In this document: positions 12,264 to 24,978 of the stretch, piece after piece
Layout of the letters: each line of letters begins with the position of its first letter
Numbering within the stretch: position 1 is the first letter of the stretch
Program-made: the position numbers and the translations under genes
Origin: Vicugna vicugna
Taxonomy: Eukaryota
Assembly: GCA_013265495.1 (NCBI GenBank)
Contig: MU058531.1
Coordinates: forward strand, 310,001 to 374,000
Length of the DNA: 64,000 nucleotides
Reading direction: 5' to 3'
The notes under the pieces: generated by a model
The model's input: the letters and a program-made list of their open reading frames with translations, nothing else
What the model was told of the DNA's origin: nothing
Database searches by the model: none

Positions 12264-15148
12264 GTAGGTAGAATTACCTCAGTTTTACAGATGGAAAAAC
12301 AAGACACAGAAAGCCTGGGCAGCATGCTCAGAGTCTCACGAGCATCTGCAAGCCGCAGATCCAGCTCTTGAACCCAAGTCTGTGCTTCTGCAGAGCTTAG
12401 CCGCTTGACCTCTCGTCAGGACTGGCAGGGAGCTGAGGGGAGGGACTGGGCTTGGCCCGCTGTTTTCAGCGGCTGATGTGGGAGGAGCTCTGAGATGCTG
12501 TCCCAGGCAGGGGGCATGAGGGCCTGGCACACTCTTCTGCACTGGGGAGTAACCTGAGGGCACTGGGTGCTTCCAGGGCACGTATCATCCTAAAAGCAGG
12601 CCAGAAGACGTAAACTGGGTGAGTGAAATCCCACCTTGGCCAAATTCACATTGTTTTTCTTCAGCAGAGCTCTAGGTAGTGTATCTCTGAGCCTCAGTTT
12701 CTTCTCTATACCAAGAATAAAAACACCTACCACGTGGGCTTCTTGTAAGGTTCAAGTGACACACTACATGCAAAAACATCTGGAACATTTCTTGGCAACA
12801 CTACAATTTTTTTTTTGAGTCCTTCTGTTACTAATGCCATTACTTTCTGGGGAATAGAGGCCAGATCTTATTCATCATTGTGTATCCTTAGTGCCTAATG
12901 CTGTGTCTGGCACAAAGTGAGTGCACAGTAGTACAGTTTTGTTGAAGGGACAGCTGAATACATGATAGAATCTTTTTTTTTTTTCATTCTTCCTGGGAGT
13001 AGGGAGCTCAGTCTGAGATATGCAGTCTAGCCATCATCTCTTCCCTCTGGGTGCCTCTCAAGGGGTCACAAAGTGCTTTCACACACAGTATCTCATGTCA
13101 GTTCCCCACTGGGACACTCCTGCAGCAGTGGGAGGCAACCCTTATTAAAGTACTTTGTCCAATTCACGTTTGAAGAAAATCTAACGAACTCAGAGAGAAT
13201 GCCCAGAGGAGAGCAATAAAAATTGATTAAACAGACCTTCTGAAGAAAGGTTAAGAGAACTGGGATCATTTCAGCTAGAGCTGCTGGTGGAGGGAATCAT
13301 AAATGTTCGAGAAACAAAAGACTGTATCTTGCAAAACTTTTTTCTTTTTTTAAAGTGGTTACAGTGGGCTCTTCCACTGAGGACAGCAGAGAAGGAATTT
13401 TGATGACTTTCCCGTTTGACAGTAACATGCAGCCTGTCTCATCCTCTCTGCCCTTGGTGTTGTAATGGCCACTTGCTCTCTGAAAATTCTTTATTGCACT
13501 GGGGCATCCTCTCATGACCGTGGTGGGTCTCAGGCACTGTGAGGTCATTGGGGCATGGTAAAGAGGAGACATTTGAACTATTAAAGGTTAGATTATAGTC
13601 ATCCCCTGACTTGGCACTCCCAAGGGAGAAGACCATGAACCCAACTAATCAGAAGCCCCAAAGACAGCTATAGACGCTACGCCTCCCTTCTTTGCTGACC
13701 TCCCAAGACTTTTCAGGGTAAACTCTCATATATCTGCTACATGACATAACACAGGCATGAGTAGCATCCTCATTTTGTTCTTGTTCAATTATCCTGTCAT
13801 ATTCATGGATAGGGGAGGCTTTCCTAAGATGGCAGGAGCTTGGAAATGGGTATTAACACTACCATGAGGACCATGATATTCCTTTCCTAAGCCCTGAAGT
13901 TAATTTATGTTAACTTTACATAGCTTAATAACATAACAGATGTTTATTGAATGCTTATTCTTTATGCCAGGCGTTGTGTTAAGCACTGGTGATACATACA
14001 GTGGTGAATTGTATATATGTGACCCTTGCCAACACAGGGCCTTAACACAGGCCAGTGAGGACACAAATAAACCAAGAGGCAATTGCTATATAGGAGACCA
14101 TGTGAGGAACCAACCTACTCCAGAGTTAGGGGGTCAGGGCAGGCTTCCTGGAGAATGAGATGCCTACATGATTCATAAAAGATGAATAAGCATTATTAAT
14201 TATCACTAATTTCTTCTTTGGTCATATTATCAGTCCAGAGAACTCTTGTCTTGGAAATGGATGTCTTTACCTAATCCATTGTCACCCCCCACCATTTTAT
14301 TTTTTAAATTATTTTTAAAATTATTTTTCATTTTATTTTTTATTTTCATTTTATTTTTTAAATTATTACCTCCATAATCCAACCATCACCTGCATGGTTT
14401 AGTGATGAAGAAAGTCTCCCGGTATTGTTAACCATCATATGAGGTATAATCTCCAGGTATAGTTTAATGCCAATAATTATTTGCCAAAAGTTAACGCTCC
14501 CTTGAAACACTGTATTAGTAAAACATCCAGGCAGCTCATATGTTAATGAGCCTCTTGATCAAGAGGTTCAAACAGGAAAGGACCTATACTCCCTTGCACC
14601 AGAGAGAACCGACAGTCTATTCAGGGAGCCCAGAGTGGTGTCTCGGCATTGGTGCACGATTATAGCTTTTATTAATTCTTTTTGGCTCTATAATAATCAG
14701 AATGAGGCCCCAGTGTAATGATAGAATTTTCTGGAATTAAATTTGAGCTGCTCAAAGTTAAATAATTGATTATATTCAGTTTTGTAACGAACATACAAAG
14801 TGGCGAGTGGCCAGCAGGGTGGTTCCCCCTGCCTTGGGGCGGTGCCCATGCAGTGCCTGGCCTGCAGTGTCTGTGCATCTCTGCTGGACAGCTGACTGGC
14901 CCCGGGTGGACACCTGTGCAGGCTGGGCCAATCCCGTTCCATCTCAGGGATTTTGAATTGGAACAAGAAAGAATGTGAACCTGTCTCTCATTGTGGTAGC
15001 TGCTGCAGGACACAATTCTTGGGCACTGCTAGTGGGCACAAGCCTTTCTTTGGTCTGCATGGAAAGGATGTGAAGAGAGACCCAGGCAAAAATGAGAGTT
15101 GGGGAACAAGAGAGAGAGAGAATCAGAGAGAAGAAATGAGAGCATTTT

Positions 15149-15969
15149 TTCTTTTTTTGCAGTTTTTTTTTAATTGAAGGATATTCAGTTTACAATGGTG
15201 TGTCAATTTCCAGTGTACAGCATAATGCTTCAGTCATACATATATGTACATATCGTCCTTTTCATCTTCTTTTTCATTATAGGTTATTATAAGATACTGA
15301 ATTAAGTTCTCTGTGCTATACAGTAGGATCTTGCTGTTTATCTATTTTATATATAGTAGTTAGTATCTGCAAATCTCAAACTCCCAGTTTATCCCTCCAC
15401 CCCCTCCCTCTTTCCTCCCTGGTAACTGCAAGTTTGTTTCCTATGTCTGTGGAGTCTGTTTCTGTTTTGTAAATAAGTTTATTTGTTTTATTTTTTTAGA
15501 TTCCACATATGAACAATATCATATGCTATTTTTCTTTCTCTTTCTGGCTTGCTTCACTTAGAATAAAGATCTCCAGGTCCATCCATGGTGCTGCAAATAG
15601 TATTGTTTTATTGTTTTTAATAGCTGAGTAGTATTCCATTGTATAAATATACCACAACTTCTTTATCTAGTCATCTGTCGATGGACATTTAGGTTGTTTC
15701 CATGTCTTGGCTGTTGTAAATAGTGCTGCTGTGAACATGGGGGTGCATGTATCTTTTCGAATTAGAGTTCTTTCTGTATGTATGTCCAGGAATGGGATTG
15801 CTGGATCATATGGTAACTATTTTTTCTAGTTTTTTTGAGGAATCTCCATACTGTTTTCCATAATGGCTGCACCAAACTACATTCCCACCAACAGTGTAGG
15901 AGGGTTCCCTTTTCTCCACACCCTCTTCAGCATTTATCTTTTGTAGATTTTTTAATGATGGCCATGATA
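15149..15969 (-). mobile_element. 5'-truncated L1 (3' UTR and ORF2 end)
   Basis: Encodes the ORF2 C-terminal remnant [29 protein letters not shown] (15138-15148, 15970-15980). Confidence 0.92.
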
Positions 15970-16797
15970 GAGAGCATTTTAACTGCATACATGTCCCTGG
16001 CTCCCATGGTTCCCAAGGCCCAGTTATTTCTGTGTATGTCTTACAGTTTGGTTATGTGAGATAGGTCAGTATTCCCTTAAATCCCTTGAGTCTGTCTGAG
16101 CTACATCGAGGTGGGATTTTGTCCCCTGCCACTGAGTCCTGGTGAAGACAGGTAGTTAGAAACCTGCTCATTTACCACGTGGTGGCAGATGGTCATGGGA
16201 CAGAGATAAGGCTCTCTGACCTCTTGCTTTGCGAGCTGGCCAATCAGGAAATCTTTGAGGGTCATGAAGAGTCTTAAGAGGCCACGCATTTGGCTCAGCT
16301 CTGTTCTGTGCTTGCATCTGAACCTCAGTTTCAGGCTGTGCACTTCAAGCCATCACCTTTTGTGGCTGTTTCCAGGGGAGTCTTACTAGGAGGCCATGCT
16401 ATGTGGTAGTTACCCACTCAAATTCTGGAGTCGGACAGATGGACCATGCTTCGGATTCCAGCTCAGCTTTGTTGGGGCAGGATGTGTGTGGCCTTGTGCT
16501 AATGACTCACTCCTCTCACCTTTGGTTTTCTCATCCATAAAATGGAAGTCTCACTTGGTGTTGTCAGGATTCAAGAAGAGTTTTCACAGTGTCTTGGGCT
16601 GAACACCTGGCATGTATTAACCACTCAGTAAAAGTTAGCAATTATTCTAATACAAACCAAGTCTGCAAATAGGAAAGAAACATGCTTGCCCACTCCACTA
16701 GTATTAAGGCAATGGGTGAAGTCAACTTTTCTGACGAATAGAGTTACTCTAATCCTGGTATAAAAGAAGGCTTGGATAGTGCTTTAATGCCTCAGAA

Positions 16798-17305
16798 TGT
16801 GAGAGGGAAGAACAAATCTGACTCCATATTAGAATTGTTCCTTTAGCTCTAACCCTGTGCTCTGTTTCCTGTGTTTAGTCTTGCTGGTTCTGCATCTTTT
16901 GTCAAAGAATGTTGCCTATAGCCTGAGATATACAGGAGAGCCCATTCTCAAGGCTCTGATCTTTAAGAGTATAACACTTTTCTAATCACAGAGAGAGAAG
17001 TTGCAGAATAGAGAATAGCATTGTTGGAGGTTTACAGGAATATCATGACCTGATCTATCGGACAGCCACAAGAACAAAGGATTCCAGCACCAAGAAGTTT
17101 GCAACAACCAACCCCACCCTGTCCCCTTTTTAGTATGAAAGAAGCCTGAATTCTGACTTGGGGAATATGTTTCTCCAGTTCATTAGTCCCCCATTTTCTC
17201 AGTCTGCTAAGCTTTCTGAATAAAGTCATTCCTTGCCCCAAAACCTAGTCTCATGATTTATTGATCTGTCGTGTGACAAACAGAACGAGTTTCGACTTGG
17301 TAACA
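16798..17305 (+). mobile_element. ERV solo LTR, family copy 3
   Basis: TG...CA termini, 4-bp TSD AGAA (16794-16797, 17306-17309), AATAAA at 17219-17224. Confidence 0.9.
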
Positions 17306-18799
17306 AGAAGAGACCTGAATAAGATAAGGGTAAATTATGATTGCATTGCTACTTGTGACATAATCTGACAGCCTTGCTCTGCTTCCCATCTTCCCTCGGA
17401 AGAACCATAGCAGAAAACCTGAAACCATGTGGTATCGCCTTTCTGTGTTCTGCTTCACTTCATCCAGGAATCCCACAGATCCTCCCCAGGGGTTTAATTA
17501 CCCAAACTATCCAAAGCAACTAATTATAACAACCCAAGGTTGCCCTGGTGTTGCATTTATGCTCAACTAAAAAGGTCGTAAAATCTTCCCTGCTCATAGC
17601 TCCTGCTTATTTTTTTCACAGTTTGAGGTCAAGATTAGAAAGATCTGAAGAAGAGTTTAAAGTCAGCCAAGTTTCTTCCTGGCCTTGTTTTCTTTCTCTG
17701 CTCTGAGTCTCTGTCTCCATGACATGCCCTACCTCCCCAGTTCCTGCTCCCCCAATTTAACAAGAAATTTGAAACAATATAATTGTTGATAGTGGCTTTA
17801 GAACCAGATAATCTGAACTTCAATCCCAGCTCTAACATAGCGATAACACCTCCTTCCCCTTATGGGTACACAAGTGCTCAATAAGTAAGAATTAGTCATA
17901 ATTATTATTATTGAAATTTCTCCTATTTCTTCTTTTGAAACACCAAAGTCATGATTCTTGAAATGTGATCTGAGGATAACTTTCATCAGAATTGACCAAA
18001 GTTCATAGTTAAAATGTAGACTCCTGGGTCTCACTCTGAAGTTATTAACCCCTAGCAATGGGACACAGGAAACTGCCTTTTTTAAAAACAAGCTTCCCAG
18101 ATGATTCTTATGCACACTGAATTCTGAGAGTCACTGAGATTGTAGTTGAAGATGACAGAGATGTGGTCAATGTGTTACCTTTCTCAGTGGTATTTATATT
18201 TTGGCCTGACCTCTGAGAGTGGCATGAGAGAATTTGGGACTGTGTCTCAGAAATTGATAAGCAGGAGTGAAAAAGCTTTTATGAGCTCCAGGGACATCTA
18301 GTCCCTGAAATCACACTGAGTCCACATGTAAGGTTGACCTCAAAGGTAATTCTGCTCTTGTTGTTGGAGCCCTTAGCTTCTTAGTAGCGATACCCTAACA
18401 TGGGTGGTACTGACCCTCCCTGGGCATTTGGGAGTGTGGAGGGGTGGGCCACCAACCTGACTAGAGTGGGCTCGTAGATGCAGATGTCCTGACACGCTTA
18501 GGTAGTTCTGACCAGTGAAGAGTGACCTATCTCCTGAGACATAATGCCCCTGCTGAAGGTCCAGGATGAAGGGAGGCAAAAGAGACAATTTCATCTCTGT
18601 TCACTTGTGATGGCAGAAGCCCATTCCCCAGAGCACCTGGAAGCAGAAAACGTTGGTCTGCTGTGCTGTGTAGACCTGTTCTGCTCCTGCACAGACACGC
18701 CGCTGGTCCCTCTTTGCTTGGACACCTTCCACCTGCAGGTAACACCTCCCTTCTGGGCCATAAATGGTGTGGCTATAGCTGGAAATGTCTCTTGATCAG

Positions 18800-19148
18800 A
18801 GGGAGGCAGAGTGACCATAAAGCTAATGAAACTTGAGCTTCAGAGCTCTTCTCTTGCACAGACCGTGGTGGGTATTGGGAGCTACAGAGTGGGGAGGAGG
18901 AGCCTGACTGCCATCAGGAAGCTTCTGTCTGTATAAGCATTTCTGGTCAGATGTCTAAGCAGATTCTCATAGGAAAGGCACCTGGATCACTAGAGTGCCA
19001 GAAACTTGTGATCGATGTTCTCATTGGAGGCAAATATGTACTTTTGTATCTAGTTCTGTATTTGTAATTTTGCATTTGTTTTGTTAAAAAGCCCCTACCC
19101 TCCAAACTGTATAAGCTTCAGACTCCATAAAACCTGAATCTGCCCTCC
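18800..19148. mobile_element. hAT-Tip100 MITE fossil (Zaphod/MER115-like)
   Basis: aagctaatgaaacttgagcttcag and tataagcttcagactccataaaacctgaatctgccct ends. Confidence 0.5.
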
Positions 19149-20296
19149 CTCTTAATTGGGTCTCATTAGCTCTCTGGATGTATGTTTTGGGCAATTAATG
19201 GATTTTCACATGAATCTATGTTGGAAGAGCGCATGGTGGTGTTTGAGGACCACAGGTGAACTGAACATTGTGCTCTATCTTCCATTGGTTAAGAATGGTT
19301 TTATGGCAGTAAATCCCTCATGTTTCCAGGTGCTGACTCAAGACACGTTCACGTTGCATGTGTGCAGACTGATTGACTCCTGCAGGGACTGGTCGGTCAA
19401 TGGCTGAAATAAGAGGTGGCGTCAGGCCAATTGACGTGATGCCCTAGGGCTGATAAAAGCATCTCCTCTGTAACCATCACAGCAAAGTCAATCAGGATGG
19501 TTCCCCACAGCTATGTATCCTTCGATTCCAAAGTCAGTTCTGTTGAAGAAGATTCCAGTTTCCAGGAGAGTTGTTAAAAGAATCAATAACACCTGGTGGA
19601 TGATTCATCCATCTATAACCTAGAGTTGGCTGCTTCTGAGTAGCTGGTAAGTCTCTTGACAGATAATTCTATCTATGGACAGAAAGGGAGATGGGAATCA
19701 ATTTGCTTCTCTCAAAGGAAAATCATGTGTTGCCTATACCAGTCCAATTACTTTTGAAGCATTTTATCATCAAATTTGAGAAGCTATTTGGCATCGGCTT
19801 TCCTTTTAATATTCACTCTGCTTTTTCAGAAATTTTCCATCAAAATAACTAATTTTCAGAGAAGCTCTGTTCCACTATTTGTTGAGGCTATCCTCACTTC
19901 TTCTTAAAAGACCCCTATTCTCCTTCTGCCTCTGCGTGCCACAGACAAACTGATCTGGAGCAAATCTTTTACCCTCTTTGGGCTTCAGCATGTTTTTGTT
20001 TTACACTTAGGCCAGTTCACTGGCTGCTACGCTTGAGCGTACATCAGAGTCACCTGGTGTTTTTACAGCACAGATTGCTGGCCCCAACTGTTGGGTTTCT
20101 GATTCGGTAAGTCTGGGATGAGGCTGAGAACTTGCAAGTCTAATGAATCAGGTGCCATCTGGGACTGCACTCCAGCACCCCCTGGGCTAGACAAACAGAC
20201 CCTAACTCTGACTGACGATCAGAATCATCTGGGGGAACTTCTGACCAGTGAAGATGCCTGAAGCCCATTCTGCCTGCATCAGGATCTCTGAGAGTC

Positions 20297-20453
20297 TGGG
20301 CCAGGACTAGGGTGAGATGAGCAAGGTACCCAGTGTATAAAAATAAGGACGCCCTCACTTTTAGGGTCCTGTAAGTGCAGATTCTGAAAGCGAGTGCTTC
20401 CTTAAATTTTGCACCTTGGGTGCCTTACTCACCTCCCCCTAGTTCTGGCCCTG
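20297..20453. mobile_element. MER91-like MITE adjacent to MER5-like fragments (~20020-20290)
   Basis: Inverted termini gggccaggactaggg / ccctagttctggccc. Confidence 0.7.
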
Positions 20454-21529
20454 TTGGGACGAGAGTTGCAAATCTGTATTTAGTGCTTCAGACTGGCTGT
20501 TACACAGATGTCTCTCCAAAGCTTGCTGGAGTAACAAGAGCCTTTTATCCATTTATAGATTAGGCTATTTCTTTCAACAAGGGATGCTAGCCAAGTGGTA
20601 TTTCTAGGGCTAAAGAGTCACAGGTTGTTGCTCTTAATAACCAGTTTCAGTGTGCTGCTTCTTCAGGTAGAAACTTCACGTTACTCAACCTGTTGAAGAT
20701 TAACTGCTGGTGAACCATTGACCTTTACTGGGAAAATGTCAAGTGCAATGCAGGGAATGTTGGAGCCAGAGCTGGCAAGATGCTCCCTGCAATAGCTCTT
20801 CTTTCTTTGTCATTCAAGGAAATATATATGCTTGCAAATAATATTTTGTGATAGCATATCACAGAGAGAGACGATGCTTCTTTTTTCTTTTTTCTAAGAA
20901 TAATTTATTTTGAAATAATTTCAAACTCACAGAAAGATTGCCAGAACAGTACAAAGAACTCCTCTATCCCCATCATCCAGACTTTCCAACTGATGTACTG
21001 CCTTTGCTCTGTCATCCTGTGTTCTTGGTCCACGATCACATCAGGTGCATGTAGGATATGTAGTGTTCAGGTCTCTTGAGTCTCTTCGAGTCTGGAAGAG
21101 TTCCTTGGTGTTCCCCTATCTTTGATGTCCTTGATGGTTTTAGAGAATCTAGCCCTTTCATTTTGTAAGGTGACTCTCAACTGTCTGATATTTCCTCATG
21201 ACCAGGCTCAGGGTGTGCATTCTTGATGGACGTACCACAGAAATAAGCCCTCTTCAGGGCATCACGTCGGGTGGGAGACTCTCTTGACGGGTCCCACTGC
21301 TGATGACGGGGACCTTGATCACTTGGTCATGTTGGTTCTGCTGCGTTTCTCCACCAGTTTTTCCTCTATACTTAGAATTTTGGGGGAGGTATTCCAAGGT
21401 CATCCAATATCCTTCCACTTCTGTGATGGTTGCCAAATGGTGATTTTCCATTTCCATCACTCTTCCTATATTTATTAGTTGCCGCTCTACTGTAAAGCTG
21501 ATCTTAATAATGTACATTAATAACCTAAA

Positions 21530-21585
21530 TTGTGCATTAGGGCTCTCCAGAGAAGCAGAACATACATACATACATACATACATAA

Positions 21586-21617
<32 letters not shown>

Positions 21618-22065
21618 GAAATTTATAACATGGTATTGGCTCATGTGATTATGAGGGATGAAGAATCCCTCAATCTGACATCTGCAGGCTGGAGACCCAG
21701 GAAAGCCAGTGGTACAATTTGGAGGCCTCAGAATCAAGGCAGCTGACGGTATAGCTTGTTGTCCAAGGCTGAAGGCCAGAGAACCAGGAGCACCAAGGAG
21801 GGCAGGACAGGATGTCCCAGCTCCAGCAATCAGACAGAGAGAGGCCAGATCCAGCCTTCCTCTGCCTTTTCCTTCCATCCAGACCCTCAGTGAATTGGGT
21901 GATGCCTTCCTGCACTGGGGAGGGCCATATGCTTTACTCAGCCCACCAATTCAAATGCTGATCTCTTCCCAAAACACTCTCACAGACACACCCCAAAATA
22001 ACATTTAATTAGATATCTAGGCATCCTGTGGCCCAGTCAACTTGATACATAAAATTAAGCATCAC
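21530..22065. mobile_element. ERVL LTR (MLT2-like) with (TACA)n(TCTG)n microsatellite, nested in an old L1M fragment (~20880-22280)
   Basis: ttagggctctccagagaagcagaac...ggctggagacccaggaaagc...cataaaattaagcatcaca. Confidence 0.8.
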
Positions 22066-24824
22066 ATACAGATTCCTATTGTATTTAGTGGTTTGTAATT
22101 TCTTTCATATTTATTTGATGCTCAAATTTCCCATAATTTGAGCAGTGGGGGCCTCTTAATGACATGTTCCCATCATTTACTTACTGTTTTCTTACTTTCT
22201 GGCACACACAAAAAAGATGCTCCAGGCTCATCTTTTGTGCTTTTTGTGCCTCAGCCCAGAAATGAGCCATTTCTCCGGGGACACTCTTAGATAGTCCTCA
22301 AATGCCCACCAAACAGCATTTATAAATGAGAAAGATATGATAAGAATTCATTTGTTTCTAAATTTTAGCATAAGCATGTTCAGATGTTAAATGTCCAAAC
22401 AAAATGTATACCTGAAAGGAACAGATAAAAATGGGAGCATAGGCCAGAGAAAAGTTTTTAGGCCCATTGTTTCTTTCTCCTTGAGTTATACCATCGGCTT
22501 CCAAATGTGCATACCTCCTAGCATTTTATTTGCACCCGAAGTCCTTTTAGTGTTAATTTGCGTCTAGTTACTGGGTTTCCTTCTTTCTCTGGGGCTTGTT
22601 TGATGGCCTAGATTGATGAGAACATTGTTGGCTGTTGACCTCTCAAGTCTGTCTCCACTGAGATCAACTAGAGGAAGCAGAGTGAAGAGTTGCATCCACT
22701 GCTGGTTGAGTGTAAGGAAGAATTTGGGAAAGACCAGCTTACTGTGGGTAGCTCATAACGTTCTTCCTAACGAAACCAAAGATGGCGTCCCGGGAAAGAA
22801 ATCTGCTGATAACGTGTTATTTTGATGGTGTTCTTAGAAGCTGCCGTTGTTTCCTGCTGAGCCTCCTTGCCAAAATAATTAACTCACAACCAGAGAACTG
22901 CAGTCGGGAGGGTGAAGGGAGAGATAAGACACAATTGCTTCCTGTGAATTTGTGCTTTCCTGAAAAGATTTTAGGTTTTGCAAAGTTCTCTTGCTATTTT
23001 TAAATGTTCTCATTCTAATGAGAAGCAGGCCTGGCGTCATGGAATGGTTGAGTTGGTACGGTAATTGCATTACGATAAATAGGCGACGTGCTTGGCCCAT
23101 AAAACTGACCTACGACCCACTGTTCTCTTGCAACAGGGGACTCTTTAATAGCAACAGATTTTAAGGGGCTGATATCCCTTTGAACCATTTCTTCCGGGTA
23201 TAAATAAGGAAAAGTCTATCTTAAGGGCCCTGTGTTGGGTATGAGTAATTTTATGTCTTTGCTAAGATGAGGAGTGTTATTATCCAGAGAAAATTATGCT
23301 GACACAATTTAGGCAGAAAAGATGTAAGAGATAGTTGGAAAATCAAACCTTTTGTTTTTCCAAGCAAGAAATTAAGGTATCTTGATGTAACTGGTAAGAA
23401 AATGAACTGAAAATCACAGTTTTTAAGAACATAGTCCTCTCTAGAATACGGTAGAAGAATACCGGGATCCTTAGATTTATGACATAGTTACGTGAAGACA
23501 TATATCATATATTTTTTCCTGTCTAATTTCCATTATTGACTCAAGGTGTAAGCTTAGAGGAGAGAAAACTCTTTATAGGACTCAGTTCACTTGCATTCAA
23601 ATGTTCATGTTCAGGGCATGGTGCAAGATGAAATGGGGGATGAGGTAGATGTATAAAATCTAGCTGTGCCCTTAAGTAGCTTATGGCAATGAAGGGGGCC
23701 AGAGGGCTTGTATCGCTCTCTCTATGTATACACGAATGCAACACAAAGCTCAGTGTGAAACAAGCTCTAGGAATAATACAACTAAAGTGTGATGTGGGTT
23801 AATGAAGAGGGAGTATTTAGATGAAGGTGTGTATGCATATGTGCTTTGTGTGTGACTGTAGACATTTCTAGTGGAAAGGACACCCTTTCATTTGGCAAGT
23901 CAGAGCATGAGGGCTGCCTAGATGCCAGCTGGGGCCTTGCAATGTGGCACTGACCTTAGTGACTAGTGTCCTAGGGACTGGATCACAGTATTTCAGTATC
24001 AAAAACTGACTTCTTGGTGTTCCAGAGTTGATTGGATTCAGTGATACTGACTCAGTTTAACAAAGCTTTTAAGAGTTTACTGTATAAATCGAGGAAACCA
24101 ATTTATTAATCCACGATGGGAATTATCACCCTCACTGAACAGGAGATTTCTGTTAGCCTAACTGGAGTTTTTTTTTTTTCCTTGTAGTCCTACAGACCTG
24201 GAGCCATGAAATCAGAGTCAAAATGTTTAGTTATCTGATTTCTAAATGTAATGGCATGACAGCTAATCAACTGTCATGTCCATTTCCTAAATAAGGGCAT
24301 CTTTGATAACAGAACCCATCAGGACGCTCCTTGAGCCCTGATGGAACATTTTTCCCTTGTATATTTCCAAGGCTGACTGAAGACCCTCCCCTTTGGATTG
24401 ACACACTTTTTTATAGTAGAATCTCCTCTTCTCTGAAGAGATTAGAAGGGAAAGATGGTGAGGTAAGCAACAAAACTGACTAGAGAATTGTTAAAAGTGA
24501 TGCACATACTTACATATTTTAAAATTAAGTATCAATTTAGATTCACCTCCTAATGTTTTGACGTAGCACCACCATACAACATTTTCTTTGATTCTTATTT
24601 TGGATTGCATAAATGACACCCATCATGTAACTTCTATGGTTTCCAAGGAGTGTGTGTATTATAACCATGTCAGGACACTTAGGAAGCAATCTGAGGGCAG
24701 AATCTTTCTAGATTTTTATGATTCTCCCCTCACATTAAGCTTTTTGTAGTTTTCTTACATGTGCTTCATTTGATAGCAGTTTATGTTTTTCCTACTCAAC
24801 ATTTTTAGACTTTCCAAAGCTTTA

Positions 24825-24978
24825 TTTTATTTTATTTTATTTTATTTTATTTTATTCTATTTTTTGGTGGGGGGAGGTAATTTGATTTGTTTACTTTTGG
24901 AGCAGGTACTGGGGATTGAATCCATGACCTTGTGCATGCTAAGCATGCGCTCTACCACTTGAGCTATATCCTCCCCCT
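24825..24978 (-). mobile_element. tRNA-derived SINE (same family) with (TTTTA)n tail
   Basis: 10-bp TSD CAAAGCTTTA (24815-24824, 24979-24988); A/B box-like motifs. Confidence 0.9.

Noticed and set aside
24890..24978. tRNA gene
   Set aside because: It is the tRNA-derived head of a SINE with tail and TSD.
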